Below, piece by piece: positions 37,698 to 51,049 of a stretch of DNA of 64,000 nucleotides (positions are counted from its first letter, which is position 1; each line of letters begins with the position of its first letter). This stretch comes from Octopus vulgaris. Its lineage: Eukaryota. The stretch lies in assembly GCA_951406725.2 (NCBI GenBank), contig OX597826.1:20150001-20214000 (forward strand). The letters are read 5' to 3'. The translations under genes were made by a program, and so were the position numbers. The notes below the pieces were generated by a model, which ran no database searches, was not told the origin of the DNA, and saw nothing but the letters and a program-made list of their open reading frames with translations.

Positions 37698-40068
37698 TAT
37701 TTCACTCTATTCTATGCATTAAGTTCTCTGATTTTGTTTGTGTAAACTTCTATAATCTATTATATGATTTGGTTTTGATTTTTAAATGAGGTCTTTGTAG
37801 ATTTTGCTCACATCCCATTATGTACTTCACTTTCTGTGGACAAACATACATGGCTACATGGTCTCTGGAGAGATCCTAACTAGGATTAAAACCAGGTTAA
37901 GCCAATCTCCATTTTCTGTCCATTGGTAGATAGAAAAGTGACATTTGTTTATATTTGTCTAAGTGTATTTACTTACACATCACAACAATGGAGGAAATTC
38001 TTATACTGCTTATGAAGGAATTCCTTGAAACATGTCTCAAAGATATATCTATATCATTGTCACCATTTTATGCCCATTTTCCATGCTAACAAGACGAGGA
38101 CAATTTGACAGGTTTCAACAGGTCAGAGGAACACTTCTTGCTCCAAAATCCTATTTTTGCCATGGTTTCTATGACTGGTTGTCCTTCTTATCACCAACCA
38201 CTTTTTAAAGTGGAATTGAGTATGTTTTTTTTAGTGTGGCACCCACACTAGAGAGGTTGCCTTGCCATCAGCAGCACAAAAGAAACCTCTGAAACCCTGC
38301 TTTGTTCCTGCTTTAATCAATTACCAAACACCTACAGAGTGTATTGAGTGCTTTTTGTGGCACTGACTCTGTTGGGGTTGCATTGCCGCTTGCAAAGTAA
38401 AAGAGATCTGTTCCTCCCTTCCATGATGGAAAGATGAGATTTATTGTGAGAGGATGGTAATGGAGAGAATAACAGAGGGATCGGAATTGGAGTGGGATTG
38501 AAAATGACAGAAGAAGGAAGAAGAGGGAGTAGTGTCAAGAATTTATGTGAAGGGGGGGAAGGAAGGAGAATGTTGGAGTGGGTAGTGTAGGGGGATCCAG
38601 TGATAGGGTGGGTCCATCTACCATGCCAACTTGGGTTGGACAGTTTATTAGGGTCTGAGACAGTTCTTGGAGTTACGCAGCCTTTTGTTAGGGAAGGGGG
38701 GTAACATCATCATCATCATCACAATCATTTAATGTCCATTTTCCATGCTGGGTTGGATGCTTTGAGAGGGTCTGGTGAGCCACAGGGCCACATCAAGTTC
38801 AAAGTGTCAGCTTTGGTATGGTTTCTATGACTAGATGTCATTCCTAACACCAAATATAATGGAAGGGAAAGTGGGGAATAGTGTCAAGAGGTTAATGAGA
38901 GTAAGAGTGGTGGTGAGGAGGATGGAAGAGGTGAGGTGAGGACTAAGGAGATGCAGTTCTGCCCTTTGTTATATAGGGGTGGGTAGAGTGATGCAGAAGA
39001 GAGATAAGATGATGAAGAAGGGCCAGGGTTATATCCTTGAAGCAACATGTCCAAAGGGGCATGGTGACTGGAGAACCAGGAATGGTGGATAAAGGGTACA
39101 GAAGTGCCATCCCTCTCCACTCAAGTATCCTGATTTGGAAGGAAAGAGGAAGGAGTGGGTGGAGGTATAGGGAAGAGAAGAATTCAAGATGCATGCATTG
39201 AGTACTTTCCTCTCAGTTACGGGTGTCATGTATTGGTGAGTAGAGAAGATGAAAAGGGAGATGAAAGGGTACAGAATAGGCACAGTGGTTAGGAAAATAA
39301 CTGGTGGGGAGATGTAAGGGTATAAAATGGGCAACAGATAAGGGGAATGCATACACAAAACAATAAACAAGAAAGAGGTGTGTGCACCAAGCTGGAGCAA
39401 GAGATCAGGCCTTCAGATCCCTAGTTAACATGGTCTTTAGTCATTTCCTTCATCAGATGTAACATCTTCACATCATTTCTCACCACATCATCCTCAGTCA
39501 CTCCTTTCTACCATTCTCTTTGAGTGCTCAACATTTGTTGCACACACATCATCCTCCATCCTCATCACATACCCACACCAGCCCTCCCTCTCTTACTATA
39601 TCCAATGTCTCTTTTACCCAATTTGTCTTTCTCTTCATTTATACTTTGTATTTCATTCACACTGACTTGATGTCTTCAGGGAAGCTCACTCGCCTCATTT
39701 CTTTTTAGCCTTTGCATGTCTTTTGCACTCAAGCTGCATGTCTCACTGCATTGCAGCATTACACTTCAAATACAAACATCATACAATCTGCCGTTCGTCT
39801 TAACAAATAAACATTTCTTTGCCAGCAGAGATAATAGCATCCTAAATTTTTTCCAATGTGTTCCTATTTTTAGTTAGCATAACTTCAGAACAAACCCCAC
39901 ACTGCTAGTTTGGTCACTGAAGTCGTATAAAGTTATCAACTTCATTGAAGCCATCTGGGCATTTGAAAGAATCTATTTCCTAAGCACTCTTAGGGCTTAC
40001 TGCCCTGCTGCATCTGCCACACCTTAAATTTACCTCCTTTGTTTGCCTGACTTTGATTGCAGCACAGC

Positions 40069-40107
<39 letters not shown>

Positions 40108-40111
40108 GTGT

Positions 40112-40305
40112 CATCATCATCATCGTTTAACGTCCGTTTTCCGTGCTAGCACGGGCTGGACGGTTCGACTGGGGTCTGAGAAGCCAGGAAGCTGCACCAG
40201 GCTCCAATCTAATTTGGCTGTGTTTCTACAGCTGGATGCCCTTCCTAACACCAACCACTCCATGAGTGTAGTGGGTGCTTTTTACGTGCCACCGGCACAG
40301 GTGCC

Positions 40306-40306
<1 letters not shown>
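40112..40306 (-). mobile_element. Short 3' tail copy of the RTE LINE
   Basis: Matches 50354-50553 (CATn-CGTTTAACGTCCGTTTTCC...GGATGCCCTTCCTAACACCAACCACTCC...GTGCCACCGGCAC). Confidence 0.85.
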
Positions 40307-40339
<33 letters not shown>

Positions 40340-40828
40340 GCATGTGTGTGTGTCAATATCTATACACCCATACATGTACATAATCACATGTTCATGGTAG
40401 TCTGATGATGGCTTAGCAACATGTTTAAGAAGCCCCTTGTGTATATGTAGATATCTATGTATGTGTCTTTGTGTTTGTCCCCACCAGCGCTTGACAACTG
40501 GCATTGGTTTGTTTACATCCCTGTAACTTGGTGGTTTGGCAAAAGAGACTGTTAGAAAAAGTACCAGGCTTAAGTAAAAGAAATTAGTTCTGCGATCAAC
40601 TCGTTTGACTGAAATCCTTCAAGGCATTGCTCTAGCATGGTCACAGTCCAATGACTACTCGAAATGAGGGGTAGATAGACAGCCGACAACTGATGAAGGC
40701 TCCTTTCTCTCTGTTTACTTGTCCTGTTCTCCATTTGTTTTCTCGTTGTTTATGTATTTAACCTGTTTGTTTACGTATTTCATGTTGTTCGAACCGTTGG
40801 TGATGTCCTGTACCCATATATATATATA

Positions 40829-41046
40829 CAGCAATCCCTCGCCATATCATGGTTCACTTATTGCAGTTTATTATTTAAGCTTTTATTGATTCCTCCATGG
40901 TGCTGTTTTGCATTTATAATAAAATAAATATATATAGATTATAAAAATAATTTTAAAAAAATATACAGTACTGTTTCTACTTGGCAGATTTTCACCTATC
41001 GCAGGGGGTTTGGAACATAATATCTGCGATAGTTGATGGACTACTG
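40829..41046. mobile_element. Tigger/pogo-type MITE with TA target duplication
   Basis: TA|CAGCAATCCCTCGCCATATC ... GATAGTTGATGGACTACTG|TA. Confidence 0.65.
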
Positions 41047-41354
41047 TATATGTATGTATGTGTATATATATATAAAGTGCCAGTGTTTATCTGTTTGTCT
41101 TGAAACAGTGTTGCCATTTCTCATGACATCTTGACCAAATTTGTTGGGAGATCTAGATGGAACCCAGAATGTGTGAATAAAACCATCTGTGGCCCTAAAT
41201 TTCCTTGAGGTAAATCAGGGATGAGTCAAGTAAAGAGAGGTAGAGAGATTGAAAGTTGTAATGGGATTAATGGTTGGGTAGGAGTGTTAGTATTAGTTGT
41301 GAGGTATAAAAACATTGTTTGTTTGATCTCTGTTTTTCCTTGCTCACATGCAAA

Positions 41355-41395
<41 letters not shown>

Positions 41396-41478
41396 GTGTG
41401 TGAGTGTGTGTGTGTGCAAAAAATAAGAAATGGTTAGCAGCTCCATTGACAAGGATGGAAGTGATCATTATATATATA

Positions 41479-42746
41479 TTGGGTCAACCCATAAATGTAG
41501 TTTTTTCAATTGCATGAGCTAAAAGTTGATGGGGGAACAGGATAAACTACCTGCATCAACTTTCTATAAAAGCAGGTAGTAATTTTACCTTGTTCTTATT
41601 CTTAGTGCAAGTTTTGAAGAGTGTAGTTCCATTTTAACAGTTATTTTTTCAAAGCTATAATGGAAGTGACAAAGGAGCATATTCAGCATATTTTGCTTTA
41701 TGAGTTCAATAAAGGCAACAACGGAAAGTGTGGGGAATATTAATGCAGTATATGGGGATCGGACAATAAACATAAGCCAGTGTCAATGGTGGTTCCAGAA
41801 ATTGTGAGCTAGGAACTACAGCCTAGAAGACGAGTCACATCCTGGAAGATCTGTAGAGCTTGACAAGGACATCCTGCAAACCCTGGTGGAACAAAATCCC
41901 ATTGTAACTGTTGGGGAACTAGCAGAGTAGCTTGGATTTGGTCATTCAACCATTCACCAACACCTGCGTGCCATTGGAAAAGTCAGAAAATTGGGTCAGT
42001 GGGTTCCTCGCAAAATTTCCGAGTCTAATCATGTGCAGAGAGTGAACGTGTGCTCTTCCTTGCTGTCACATTTTTGGACTGAATAGTGACTGGTGATGAG
42101 AAATGGGTTCTCTATAAAAATGTCAGGTGCTGAAGACAGTGGGTAGGGAAAGGAGAAACACTGGCATCTCAGGCTAAAGAAGGTCTTCACCCATGTAAGG
42201 TGTTGTTATCTGTTTGGTGAGATATGAAAGGTTTAGTTCACTTTGAACTTTTAAATCCAAACCAAATGATAACAAAGGGTATCTACTGTGAGCAGCTTGA
42301 GCAGCTTAAGTCAGTGCTAGAAGGAAAATGACCATCTTTGGTTTCAAGGCGAAAGGTGTTCTTCCATCAGGATAATGCTTGGCCACATAGAGCAAGAATA
42401 ACATTCCAAAAGCTGGAGCAGTTTTGAATGGGAAACGATGCCCCACCCACCTATTCGCCGGACATTGCCCCATCCAATTACCATTTATTCTACAGTTTTC
42501 AAAATCATTTGGACGGAAAAAATATGAATTCTGTTGATGAGGTCAGAACCGTACTGGAGGAGTATTTTTTGTCATGGACAAGTGAATTTTGGAAGAGGAG
42601 CCTTGCAAGTCTACCAGACAGATGGAAGGTCATTGTAGGGAATGAAGGAGAGTATATTTTAGACTAAAAAAGAACTTTGGTTATCTTAATTTTGAAAAAA
42701 TATGAGAAGTATAAAAAGAAAACACATTTTTTATGGGATAACCCAG
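41479..42746 (+). mobile_element. Mariner transposon relic, copy 2
   Basis: TIRs TTGGGTCAACCCATAAA / TTTATGGGATAACCCAG following TA; ~1.27 kb. Confidence 0.92.
41660..42667 (+). pseudogene. Disrupted mariner transposase
   Basis: MEVTKEHIQHILLYEFNKG start, then WVP, VTGDEKWVLY, HQDNA and YSPDIAPSNYHLF motifs. Several stops and frameshifts; the third catalytic Asp reads Asn. Confidence 0.9.
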
Positions 42747-42756
42747 TTTGTGTGTG

Positions 42757-43068
42757 CATGGCTTAGTGATTAGTGTGTGTTCTGCTCACAATCCTAAGGC
42801 CACGATTTCGATTCCTGGCAGTGTGTTGTATCCTTGAACAAGTTACTTTACTTTATGTTGCTCCAGTCCACTCAGCTGGCAAAAATGAGTAGTGTCTGTA
42901 ATTCTAAAGGGTCGGCTTTGTCACATTCTGCATCATACTGAACCTCTCTGAGAACTACGTTAAGGGTACACGTGTCTGTGGAATGCTCAGCCATGTTAAT
43001 TTCACGAGCAGGCTGTTCCTTAGATTGGATCAACTGGAACCCTCATTGTCATAACCAATGGAATGCCA
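42757..43068 (+). mobile_element. SINE family B copy
   Basis: TGGCTTAGTG A-box, TTCGATTCC B-box, and the body seen at 3595-3905. Confidence 0.75.
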
Positions 43069-43295
43069 TATAAATATATCTATACATATATATCTTAAGA
43101 CTTCTCTATAGCTTACAGGGCCGTCATCTTCCCTCTGCAAATAATTGGTGTCTTCACTCTCCTCAGCTGGCTGCCTTCATTTGGGTTTTCACCATCCATG
43201 TCACTGTTATGCAAGTAAATTATTTTAGAGTTTCTGTTCCCCTAAATAGGTCACCAGCTACCATTGCAGAGTTCCCTCATCATCATCATCATCAT

Positions 43296-43524
43296 TTAGC
43301 CCTTTAGCATTCAGATTATTCTGTCAAACATAATGTTTATTTATTCAAATTGGTTTGAATTAATCATGGATTATTTCACTACTTCTAGATTTCAGTGATG
43401 TAATTGTATATTTTTAGAATGATATTATATAGTAAATATGAGAGGCCAAATTTTGGTCATTTTGAACATAAAGCATGTAGAATATTTGGGCTTGATATGG
43501 CCAGTTTAAATGGTAAGGGGTTAA
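43296..43524. mobile_element. TTAA-type MITE inserted into an RTE 3' tail copy
   Basis: (CAT)n-T[TTAG CCCTTTAGCATT...AATGGTAAGGGG TTAA]CATCCGTCTTCCA. The flanks rejoin into the RTE tail consensus. Confidence 0.65.
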
Positions 43525-43789
43525 CATCCGTCTTCCATTCTGGCATGAGTTGGACAGTTTGACAGGAACTAGCAAGCCAGGGGGGTGCAGTGTCTGCTTT
43601 GGCTGTGCTTGGAATTTCAGTTACTGATCTATGTAAATAAGTATGGTTTTTTAGCTGACTAAAATAAAGCATAATGTTATGTCAGGTATTCAATTGAAAC
43701 CAATAGATAGATATTGTTTCAGAAACTTCTTTAATATTTACTTTTTCAGTATATTCCCTTTTAAAATTATTTGAATTGGTGTTGTCTCT

Positions 43790-44400
43790 TTTCATTGGTC
43801 CTATCAAAAAAGTCGTCTCTGTGCACGCTACATGTCAGTGGAATATCATTGAGACAAATAGAGAAGTTTAAATATTTTGGGGCCGTATTCATGAGTGATG
43901 CAAAGCAAGAGTTTGAATACAATGTTAGGATTGCAGGTGCTGACCAAGAAATGCACCAATTTCAGCATTTGACCCTCAAAAGAGAAGGGATTGGTAAAAA
44001 ATGTGAAAGTTGCTCTCTTTAATTTGGCTTTTATGCCTGTCCTCATCTCTGCTCCTGACTGTTGGGGAATGGCCAAAAGAGTGAAACAATACAAATACAA
44101 GTAGCTGGAATTGGATCCTCTGAAGAATCTCTGGACTAATGCTACTTGACAGGGTGTATAGTTCAGAGATCAGGGTTCCCTCCAGCTCCAGCACATTGAG
44201 AGGTCACAGGGATTAGAGTGTCTCAGCTTGAAGAATCCATCTGAGTCAATTTGCAGGAGACGTTAGAGTAGAGTAAGAATGAGATAATTGGATAATATCC
44301 AGCAGAAAAAGTATAATGATGGTTGTTTTTGTTAGGATGATTCTACTGAGGAGGTGCTTGAGGGCTCTGCCCCTACGACTCTCCCAGTAATAATAAGTGG
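43790..44400 (+). mobile_element. Old non-LTR retrotransposon RT C-terminal fragment
   Basis: ISLRQIEKFKYFGAVFMSD...RIAGA resembles the LExVxxFKYLGxxxxxD...RI motif; heavily decayed. Confidence 0.6.
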
Positions 44401-44569
44401 AAAAGATGGATGGGTGTCATCCCACCCTGTCACTCAGATTTGTTGAATCAAGTGTTTCCTTTTTGGTTTTCACCATTATCTTCTTCACAGTTGTCATCAT
44501 CATCATTGAGACAGCTATTAGACTTTTAAATTCTTTTTCTCCTTTCTAGAATTTTAAACAATATTGTAG

Positions 44570-44855
44570 CTGTGGCCAGTGCCCCCTGACTGGCTCCTGT
44601 GCCAGTGGCACGTAAAAAGCACCATCTGAAAATGGTCGATGCCAGTACCCCTTGACTGGCTCTCATGCCGGTGGCACATAAAAAGCACCCACTACACTCT
44701 CGGAGTGGTTGGCATTAGGAAGCGCATCCAGCTGTAGAAACATTGCCAGATCAGATTGGAGCCTGGTGCAGCCACTGGCTCTCCACACCTCAGTCAAACC
44801 ATCCAACCCATGCCAGCATGGAAAACGGATGTTAAATGATGATGATGGTGATGAT
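44570..44855 (+). mobile_element. RTE-related 3' tail copy with a duplicated stem-loop unit
   Basis: Two GTGCC(A/G)GTGGCAC-TAAAAAGCACC units, then the shared tail and (GAT)n. Confidence 0.8.
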
Positions 44856-47800
44856 TGTATTTTCCTTCTATTTTTAAAAAGTTTTGTGCAGTATTTTGTT
44901 GTTTGTAATTTTGACTGTATGATGACCATGTCACATATATTTTTTAGTTTTAATGTATGTACAACCATTGATAAGATGTTAAAAGTACATTGAAATGGTC
45001 ATTTGTGCTGTCAAACATCTTCTGTATGTGTGTGCGTACACTGGGTGAAGTAAAAGAAAAAAAGATAGATATACAGAATAGGGCCTTAACATAAAAATGA
45101 AGTTTTTCTTAAGGATGTGTTAAGAAACTCTCAAGAGAGCTGAACATCAAAGGGGCTACAGAGAGGAATCCCCACCCCTCAGGTAAGTGTTTTGGCTCTT
45201 CACTCCTTACACTCTAAAGGAGCAAGGCTGTATCCGGTCATGTCCCCTGGGTACCTTTCTGCTGACATTTTTTAGCCACTTGGATATCAAAGACTTCTTG
45301 TGCATTTAATATGCTTGGAGATTTCATCTAGTTGGAACTCCTCTCCATTGACTCAGTTTTCAAATTTCATTTAAAGAACATTGGTTGTCATGGTAGCAAC
45401 CAACATTATTTCTTCTTCAAGAAAGAGTTTCTTATCACATCCTTAGAATACATGACTCAAAGAAAGTAAACTTTTTTTATGACCAGAATTTGTATGAAAA
45501 GAAGAGAAAGAGGAAAGAACGAGCATTACAAATAGACATTACCAAACAGGATAGCAAACCTGGTATAACCAAACCCTTAAGGTTTCACATAGCTTCTGAG
45601 GTGATCTTAGTGTTTTTAGCTTTGGTTGGAAGCTACTAAAAATAAATGTTGCAGAACTGGACATTAACAAAAAATTTTAAAAGAATAAAAACTAGGAGGG
45701 AACACAATAATGAGTGAGTAGTGTTTTGACTCTGACAGGAGAATTAAGTAATGAAAATATTCTTGCTAATCAAATGGGAGAAGGGTGTTAACGAGGAAGT
45801 TAATTTGAGGAGAGAAAATAAATATGGAGAAACCTTTCAACCAAGAGAAAAGGATTGAGCAAAGAAGACAAATGATTTGGCTGTGGAAGTTGAAAAGACA
45901 GAAGATTGAAGCAAAGCAGGAAGTGAAGGGAGAAGTGAGCTGCATTCTGGGAAGGGAACTAACAACAGCAGAGAGAATGGAAGAGAAAGATGAAAATGAA
46001 GATAGGGAGAGAAATAGAAGACGACAGAAAAAAAAAATGGGCTCACTGATAAACTGAACAAATGGAAATTTGAGAGACAAGAAGTAACTGCATACATTAG
46101 CAATGCAGGTACAGCACCAACTTTCCTGGTGCTCGTCATCCAGAACCATTATTTACAAATAGGAACTTCAGATTCTCGTGGCTGCAAGATTAGTCTACTC
46201 TTACCTGGCACAGACTAGTTCCTTGCCCAGAACAGTATTGGGATCTGTATTTCATTTCATTTGATATTTGTTTAATTTAGAGTGTGTTGATCCAAGTGAC
46301 TATCCCTGGTTTGGAAAAATCAGTAATCTGGAAAGATTTTAGGAAAATTGATGCAAAACTTTGTATGAGTCAAAGTAAATGAAGATGAAGCTAGACATTA
46401 CATGCATACACTTGCATATATATATGCATGTATATGTATATATGTTATAGTAAAGATTTCCAGTTCTTATCTTTAATGTTGTTCCATGGTAAAGGTTGTT
46501 TAAAGCAGAACATTGGAATATACATTGTGACAAGCAGAGTAGTACCTTGGATGTTAGGCGTTGAGCTAATATTGTCTTTTTCTCCCCACATAAATATTTC
46601 TCATTATCCTGCACACATAAGTGAAAGCAGGGTATTGTAATCACTCGTTAAATATTTAATTACTGCTCACAGTGTTAAATACAACAATAACTTTGCTATT
46701 GTTATGTTTCCTGATGGTTTCTGAGTAATTTACTAATAATTTTAATGAAGTGTTTTTGTTTTAGTTAATTATCTTTTTAAAAAATGTGACAAAGGTTTGA
46801 TTGCATAGGTTTTGGGGGGTGTTTAAAATGTAAAGAATGTGAAAGGAAGAAGTTCACTCATCACTTGGTTTTTAGGGTCAGTACCATTGTGCAGCACCTT
46901 GCACAAGTGATTCCAATATAGCCTTGGGCCAGCCAAAACCTTGGGAGTAAATTTGACGGATGATAACTGAAAGAAGCCTGTCCTGTATGTCTTTACATTG
47001 TGTGCTAATTACAAGGATCCTTAATTGGCCACTGATGTTTACTGTTCTTTAAAGATGGTCTCTGAAGATTTCAGAGACAGATATTAAATGGTGATGGTGT
47101 TGGTGGTGATGATGATGGTGGTTAGTTACAATCCATGAATAAAATATGACGGAATCTAATCCATTCCTCATCCTTCAATTTCCTCCAAATTTGATTTTCT
47201 TCTCTGACAATAAATGTGAAGATTTTACCATTTAATGAAACAGTAAAACAGTTTAGGAATGATTGTATTTTGGTTGAGTCCATAATAAGGACTTTCTCTC
47301 TCTCACACTGGTTGTTTTCCATTTCTTGTCTTTGGTTCTTTCTCCAGGAATATTTGTCATTCTTTTCCTGTGAAGTGTGTGGTTTAGGAAGTTCATTTTG
47401 TAACTATGTGGTTCCTGGTTCAATCTCACTGCTTGGTATCCAAGACAAATGTCTTGTATAACCCTTGTTGTCCAATATCTTCTGAGTGGAAATTGGTGGA
47501 GGGGAAACTGTGCTGAAACCCAGTGTGTGTGTGTGTCCAATCATGTCTGTCTCTGTGTCATGTCTGTATTTATGTTTATACTGCATAACAAAAAAAGAAC
47601 TTTGTTTTTTTGTTGTTCTTTTATATTCTCTAACTTAGAGATTTGACAAACAGGACTTGATAAAATAAGCACCAAATTGAAAAGAAATGCTGGTCAGTGT
47701 AATTGAGTCAACCCTTGATGGCACTGCCCCAACTCGGCCACATTTGAATGACTAAAATCCATGAACGAACCCCCCACACACATACATCCTTTTATGTGTG

Positions 47801-48544
47801 CTTTTCATGCTGGCATGGGTTGGCCAGGTCATCACAATCTGAAATAGTCCTTTTTTCAGAGTTAAGTTCCCAGGCTCCTTAAACAAGTCAGCTGACCACA
47901 TGTCACTCCTATATTTTATTATTGGCTTGGTTCCTATGACTGGATGCCTTTCCTGATGTCAACTATTTTAAAGAGTATATTGGGGACATTTCATGATTGC
48001 ACCAGCACCAGATAGGTTACCATGTCCTCAACAAGACTAAAGGGATCTTCACAACTCTGTGTTGTCTTGGATCATTCACCGACCATTTTGAAATGTTTCC
48101 TTATCATGGCACTGGTGCCAGTGAGGATGCTTTGTTTCCTCTGAGACAAGAGTCAACACTATTTTTCAATGTGTTTATTCACTGAAGCTGACATGTCTGA
48201 GCAAGTGAATAGAAGAGAGAGGGGGGGAGTGTGTTTGTGATGTTGATGATGATGATGATGATGAAAGAAATATAATGGTGATTGAAAGTTGATGGTAGAA
48301 AGAACAGGATTAGAGGAGGAGAGGAGAATGAAGGATAGTAATAGCAGTGAATATGGGATGTCAATTGTAAGAGACTCGGGAGAGGAAGTGATGACTGTCA
48401 GTGCAGAAATGCTGATGGGAGGGTATAGCAACAGCCCTCCTTAGTTTCTATGGCAGAATAACACAGCAAACAGAAGAGAGAGTCAATGATGGGATGTGGG
48501 ATTGAGAGGTAGAGTAGTGGGCACACTCGAAATAGTTTCTTTTA

Positions 48545-49075
48545 AATGCTTGGATGACTCACTAGAAGAAGCTGGTAAGTTTTGTTACCTAGGAGATTGG
48601 GAAGGGTGGTGGTTGCTTTGAAAGCATAATAGCCAGTGAGAATGTTCAGGGAGTTACTCTTTCTGTTGGCAACAAAGATCTTTTCCCTTAGAGTAAAGGA
48701 CAGATTGTATCACACTTGTATTAGAACTACAATGCTGCTTGATTGTGATAGATGGCCCTTGAATGTAAAAGACTTGAGAGGATTGGAAAGAAATGAAGTG
48801 AGCGTGTTCTGTTGGATGTGTAATGGAAGTGTGCATGAACGACATAGGACAAATGTGCAAGAAAGAAGACTGCATTGGTATGGATATGTGTATGAATGAG
48901 GACGGCTGTATAAAGAAGGGGCAGTCATTAAATGTGGCTGAAATGTTGCAGAAAAAGGGAGACCCCAAAAGACCTGGTCACAAAGTGGTGAGGGCTGACC
49001 TTAGGACCTTGAACTTCATAGAGGAGATGTCAAAAGAGGATGACTAGCAATATGCTGTTCTTGAGAAGACTTAGC
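48545..49075 (+). mobile_element. Older degraded RTE RT C-terminal fragment
   Basis: FRELLFLLATKIFSLRVKDRLYHTCIRTTML...QERRLHWYGY parallels the C-terminus of the 832-aa ORF. Confidence 0.8.
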
Positions 49076-50685
49076 CACCTTGATGAAACTGGGTTCTGGT
49101 AAAGCCACGTGTATGCACAACTGGGTCCTTTTCCCAATTTCCTTCCCCTTCAAGACACCCATCATCTCCCTAACTTCAGTTCTTTCTTCTTACCATTTAC
49201 TTTTCTTACTACCCAGAACCATTTCACTTGTTATCCATCCTTCATTCATTAATATTGTCATCTTCACCTCCACCTCCCAACGTGTCACCTCATTATCTCT
49301 CCTCTCCTCTCCATCACCATATGTCTCACCCTCCTCATACACTCCACCTACCTTCCTCTCTTTTCCATTCCCTCCTGTAATTTACCCAAACATCATCTCA
49401 TCTCTCTTTCATCCTTCTCCTCTCTATCATCTTTTCTATTCTGTTACACTGCGCTATCAGACATCTACTCCCTCCTCACATTCCTATCCCTCTCGTACCC
49501 TGATGGTCCACCCTGACCCTTCATCACCACTATGTTTATCAGTCCCCAGCACCACCCAACCACTCCCATCCTCTCTTCTAAAATATGAGTCAAGTCATCC
49601 AGCTCTTCTTCAGCAAGAAGCAATTTCTACTCAGGCCCTTTCCCTCATATTTTATCCCTCTTTACTCTTCGTATAAAGTTGACCCCTCAGGATTCATAGT
49701 CTTGCAAGCTGCATGGGGATCTCACATGTGCTGGTGGCATAAAAAAAAGGCCCCCAGCATACACAGTAAAAAGGAAGGGCATCCAGCTGTGGAAACCATG
49801 CCAAAATGGACGGTGGAGCAAAATGCAGTCCTCGGGCTCATCACATCCCCCCAAACTGTTCAACCCTTGCCAATAAGGAGCACGGATGTTAAGGATGAGA
49901 CCTATGTATATATGTGTGTGTGTGTGTACACATGTAATGTATATATGTAGACAAACTGTTGCATTCATGATCACAAGATCATGGTTTCAATTCCTAGACC
50001 AGGTGGTGCGTTGGCACCACCCGGTCTAGGAATTGAAACAAAATTGAGCAAAACACTTCATCTCACATTGCTTTGCAATCACTTTGACACCTGACGTGTC
50101 GTACACCGTGCACCTGTTCACGTAATGTCGATTTGACAGACAGAGTGAGCTGACGGACAGTTGATCGCTCTGCACAAAACGTTTCTGCAGATTGTTCAGT
50201 AAGGATTTGTAGAACTGTCTTTCTTGGATTACGAGAGACTGTCATATCTCTCTATCCATCTCTCTCTCTATCTATCTATCTATCTCTCTCTATCCCTATC
50301 TATATATATGTGTGTGTGTGTTTATATATACATGTATATATATATATATATATCATCATCATCATCATCATCATCGTTTAGCGTCCGTTTTCCATGCTAG
50401 CATGGGTTGGACGGTTCTACTGGGGTCTGTGAAGCCAGAAGGCTTCATCAGGCCCAGTCAAATCTGGCAGTGTTTCTACGGCTGGATGCCCTTCCTAACG
50501 CCAACCACTCCGTGAGTGTAGTGGGTGCTTTTACGTGCCACCCGCACTGGTGCCAGACAGAGCTGGCAAACGGCCACGAACGGATGGTGCTTTTTATGTG
50601 CCACCGGCACGAGGGCCAGGCGAGGCTGGCAACGGACACGAAACGGGGCGGTGCTGGCAACGGTCGCGAAACGGAAAGTTCTCTT

Positions 50686-50979
50686 ACATGCCACCGGCAC
50701 TGGTAACACATCTGCAATTTCCATTGATCGATTTCGATTCCGATCCTCACTTGCCTCAACGGGTCTTCACAAGCAGAGTTTTGACATGCCACCGGCACTG
50801 GTAGCACATCCGCAATTTCCATTGATCGATTTCGATTCTGATCCTCACTTGCCTCAACGGGTCTTCACAAGCAGAGTTTTGACATGCCACCGGCACTGGT
50901 AGCACATCCGCAATTTCCATTGATCGATTTCGATTCTGATCCTCACTTGCCTCAACACGTCTTCACAAGTAGAGTTTTG
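50686..50979. repeat. 3 x 98-bp tandem repeat in the RTE 3'UTR
   Basis: Near-identical units start ACATGCCACCGGCACTGG at 50686, 50784 and 50882. Confidence 0.92.
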
Positions 50980-51049
50980 TGTCCCAAGAAGGGAAGGTAT
51001 GCATACGTAGGCCGGCTCCATCCCATGTAGAAGGCCACGGGTTATGGAC

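Noticed and set aside
40660-40705. GAAA...CTGATGAAGG as a permuted hammerhead (also 56750-56795)
   Set aside because: Stems I-III could not be closed by eye; probably decayed PLE terminal fragments.
45125-45188. Perfect donor CAG|GTAAGT at 45182/45183 as an extra exon
   Set aside because: The exons at 36180 and 59251 already join in frame with the expected DUSP23 spacing, and no good acceptor or homology was seen.
49080-49676. 198-aa Ser/Pro/Leu-rich ORF
   Set aside because: Pyrimidine-rich low-complexity sequence, similar to 38.4-39.6 kb on the other strand; no recognisable domain.
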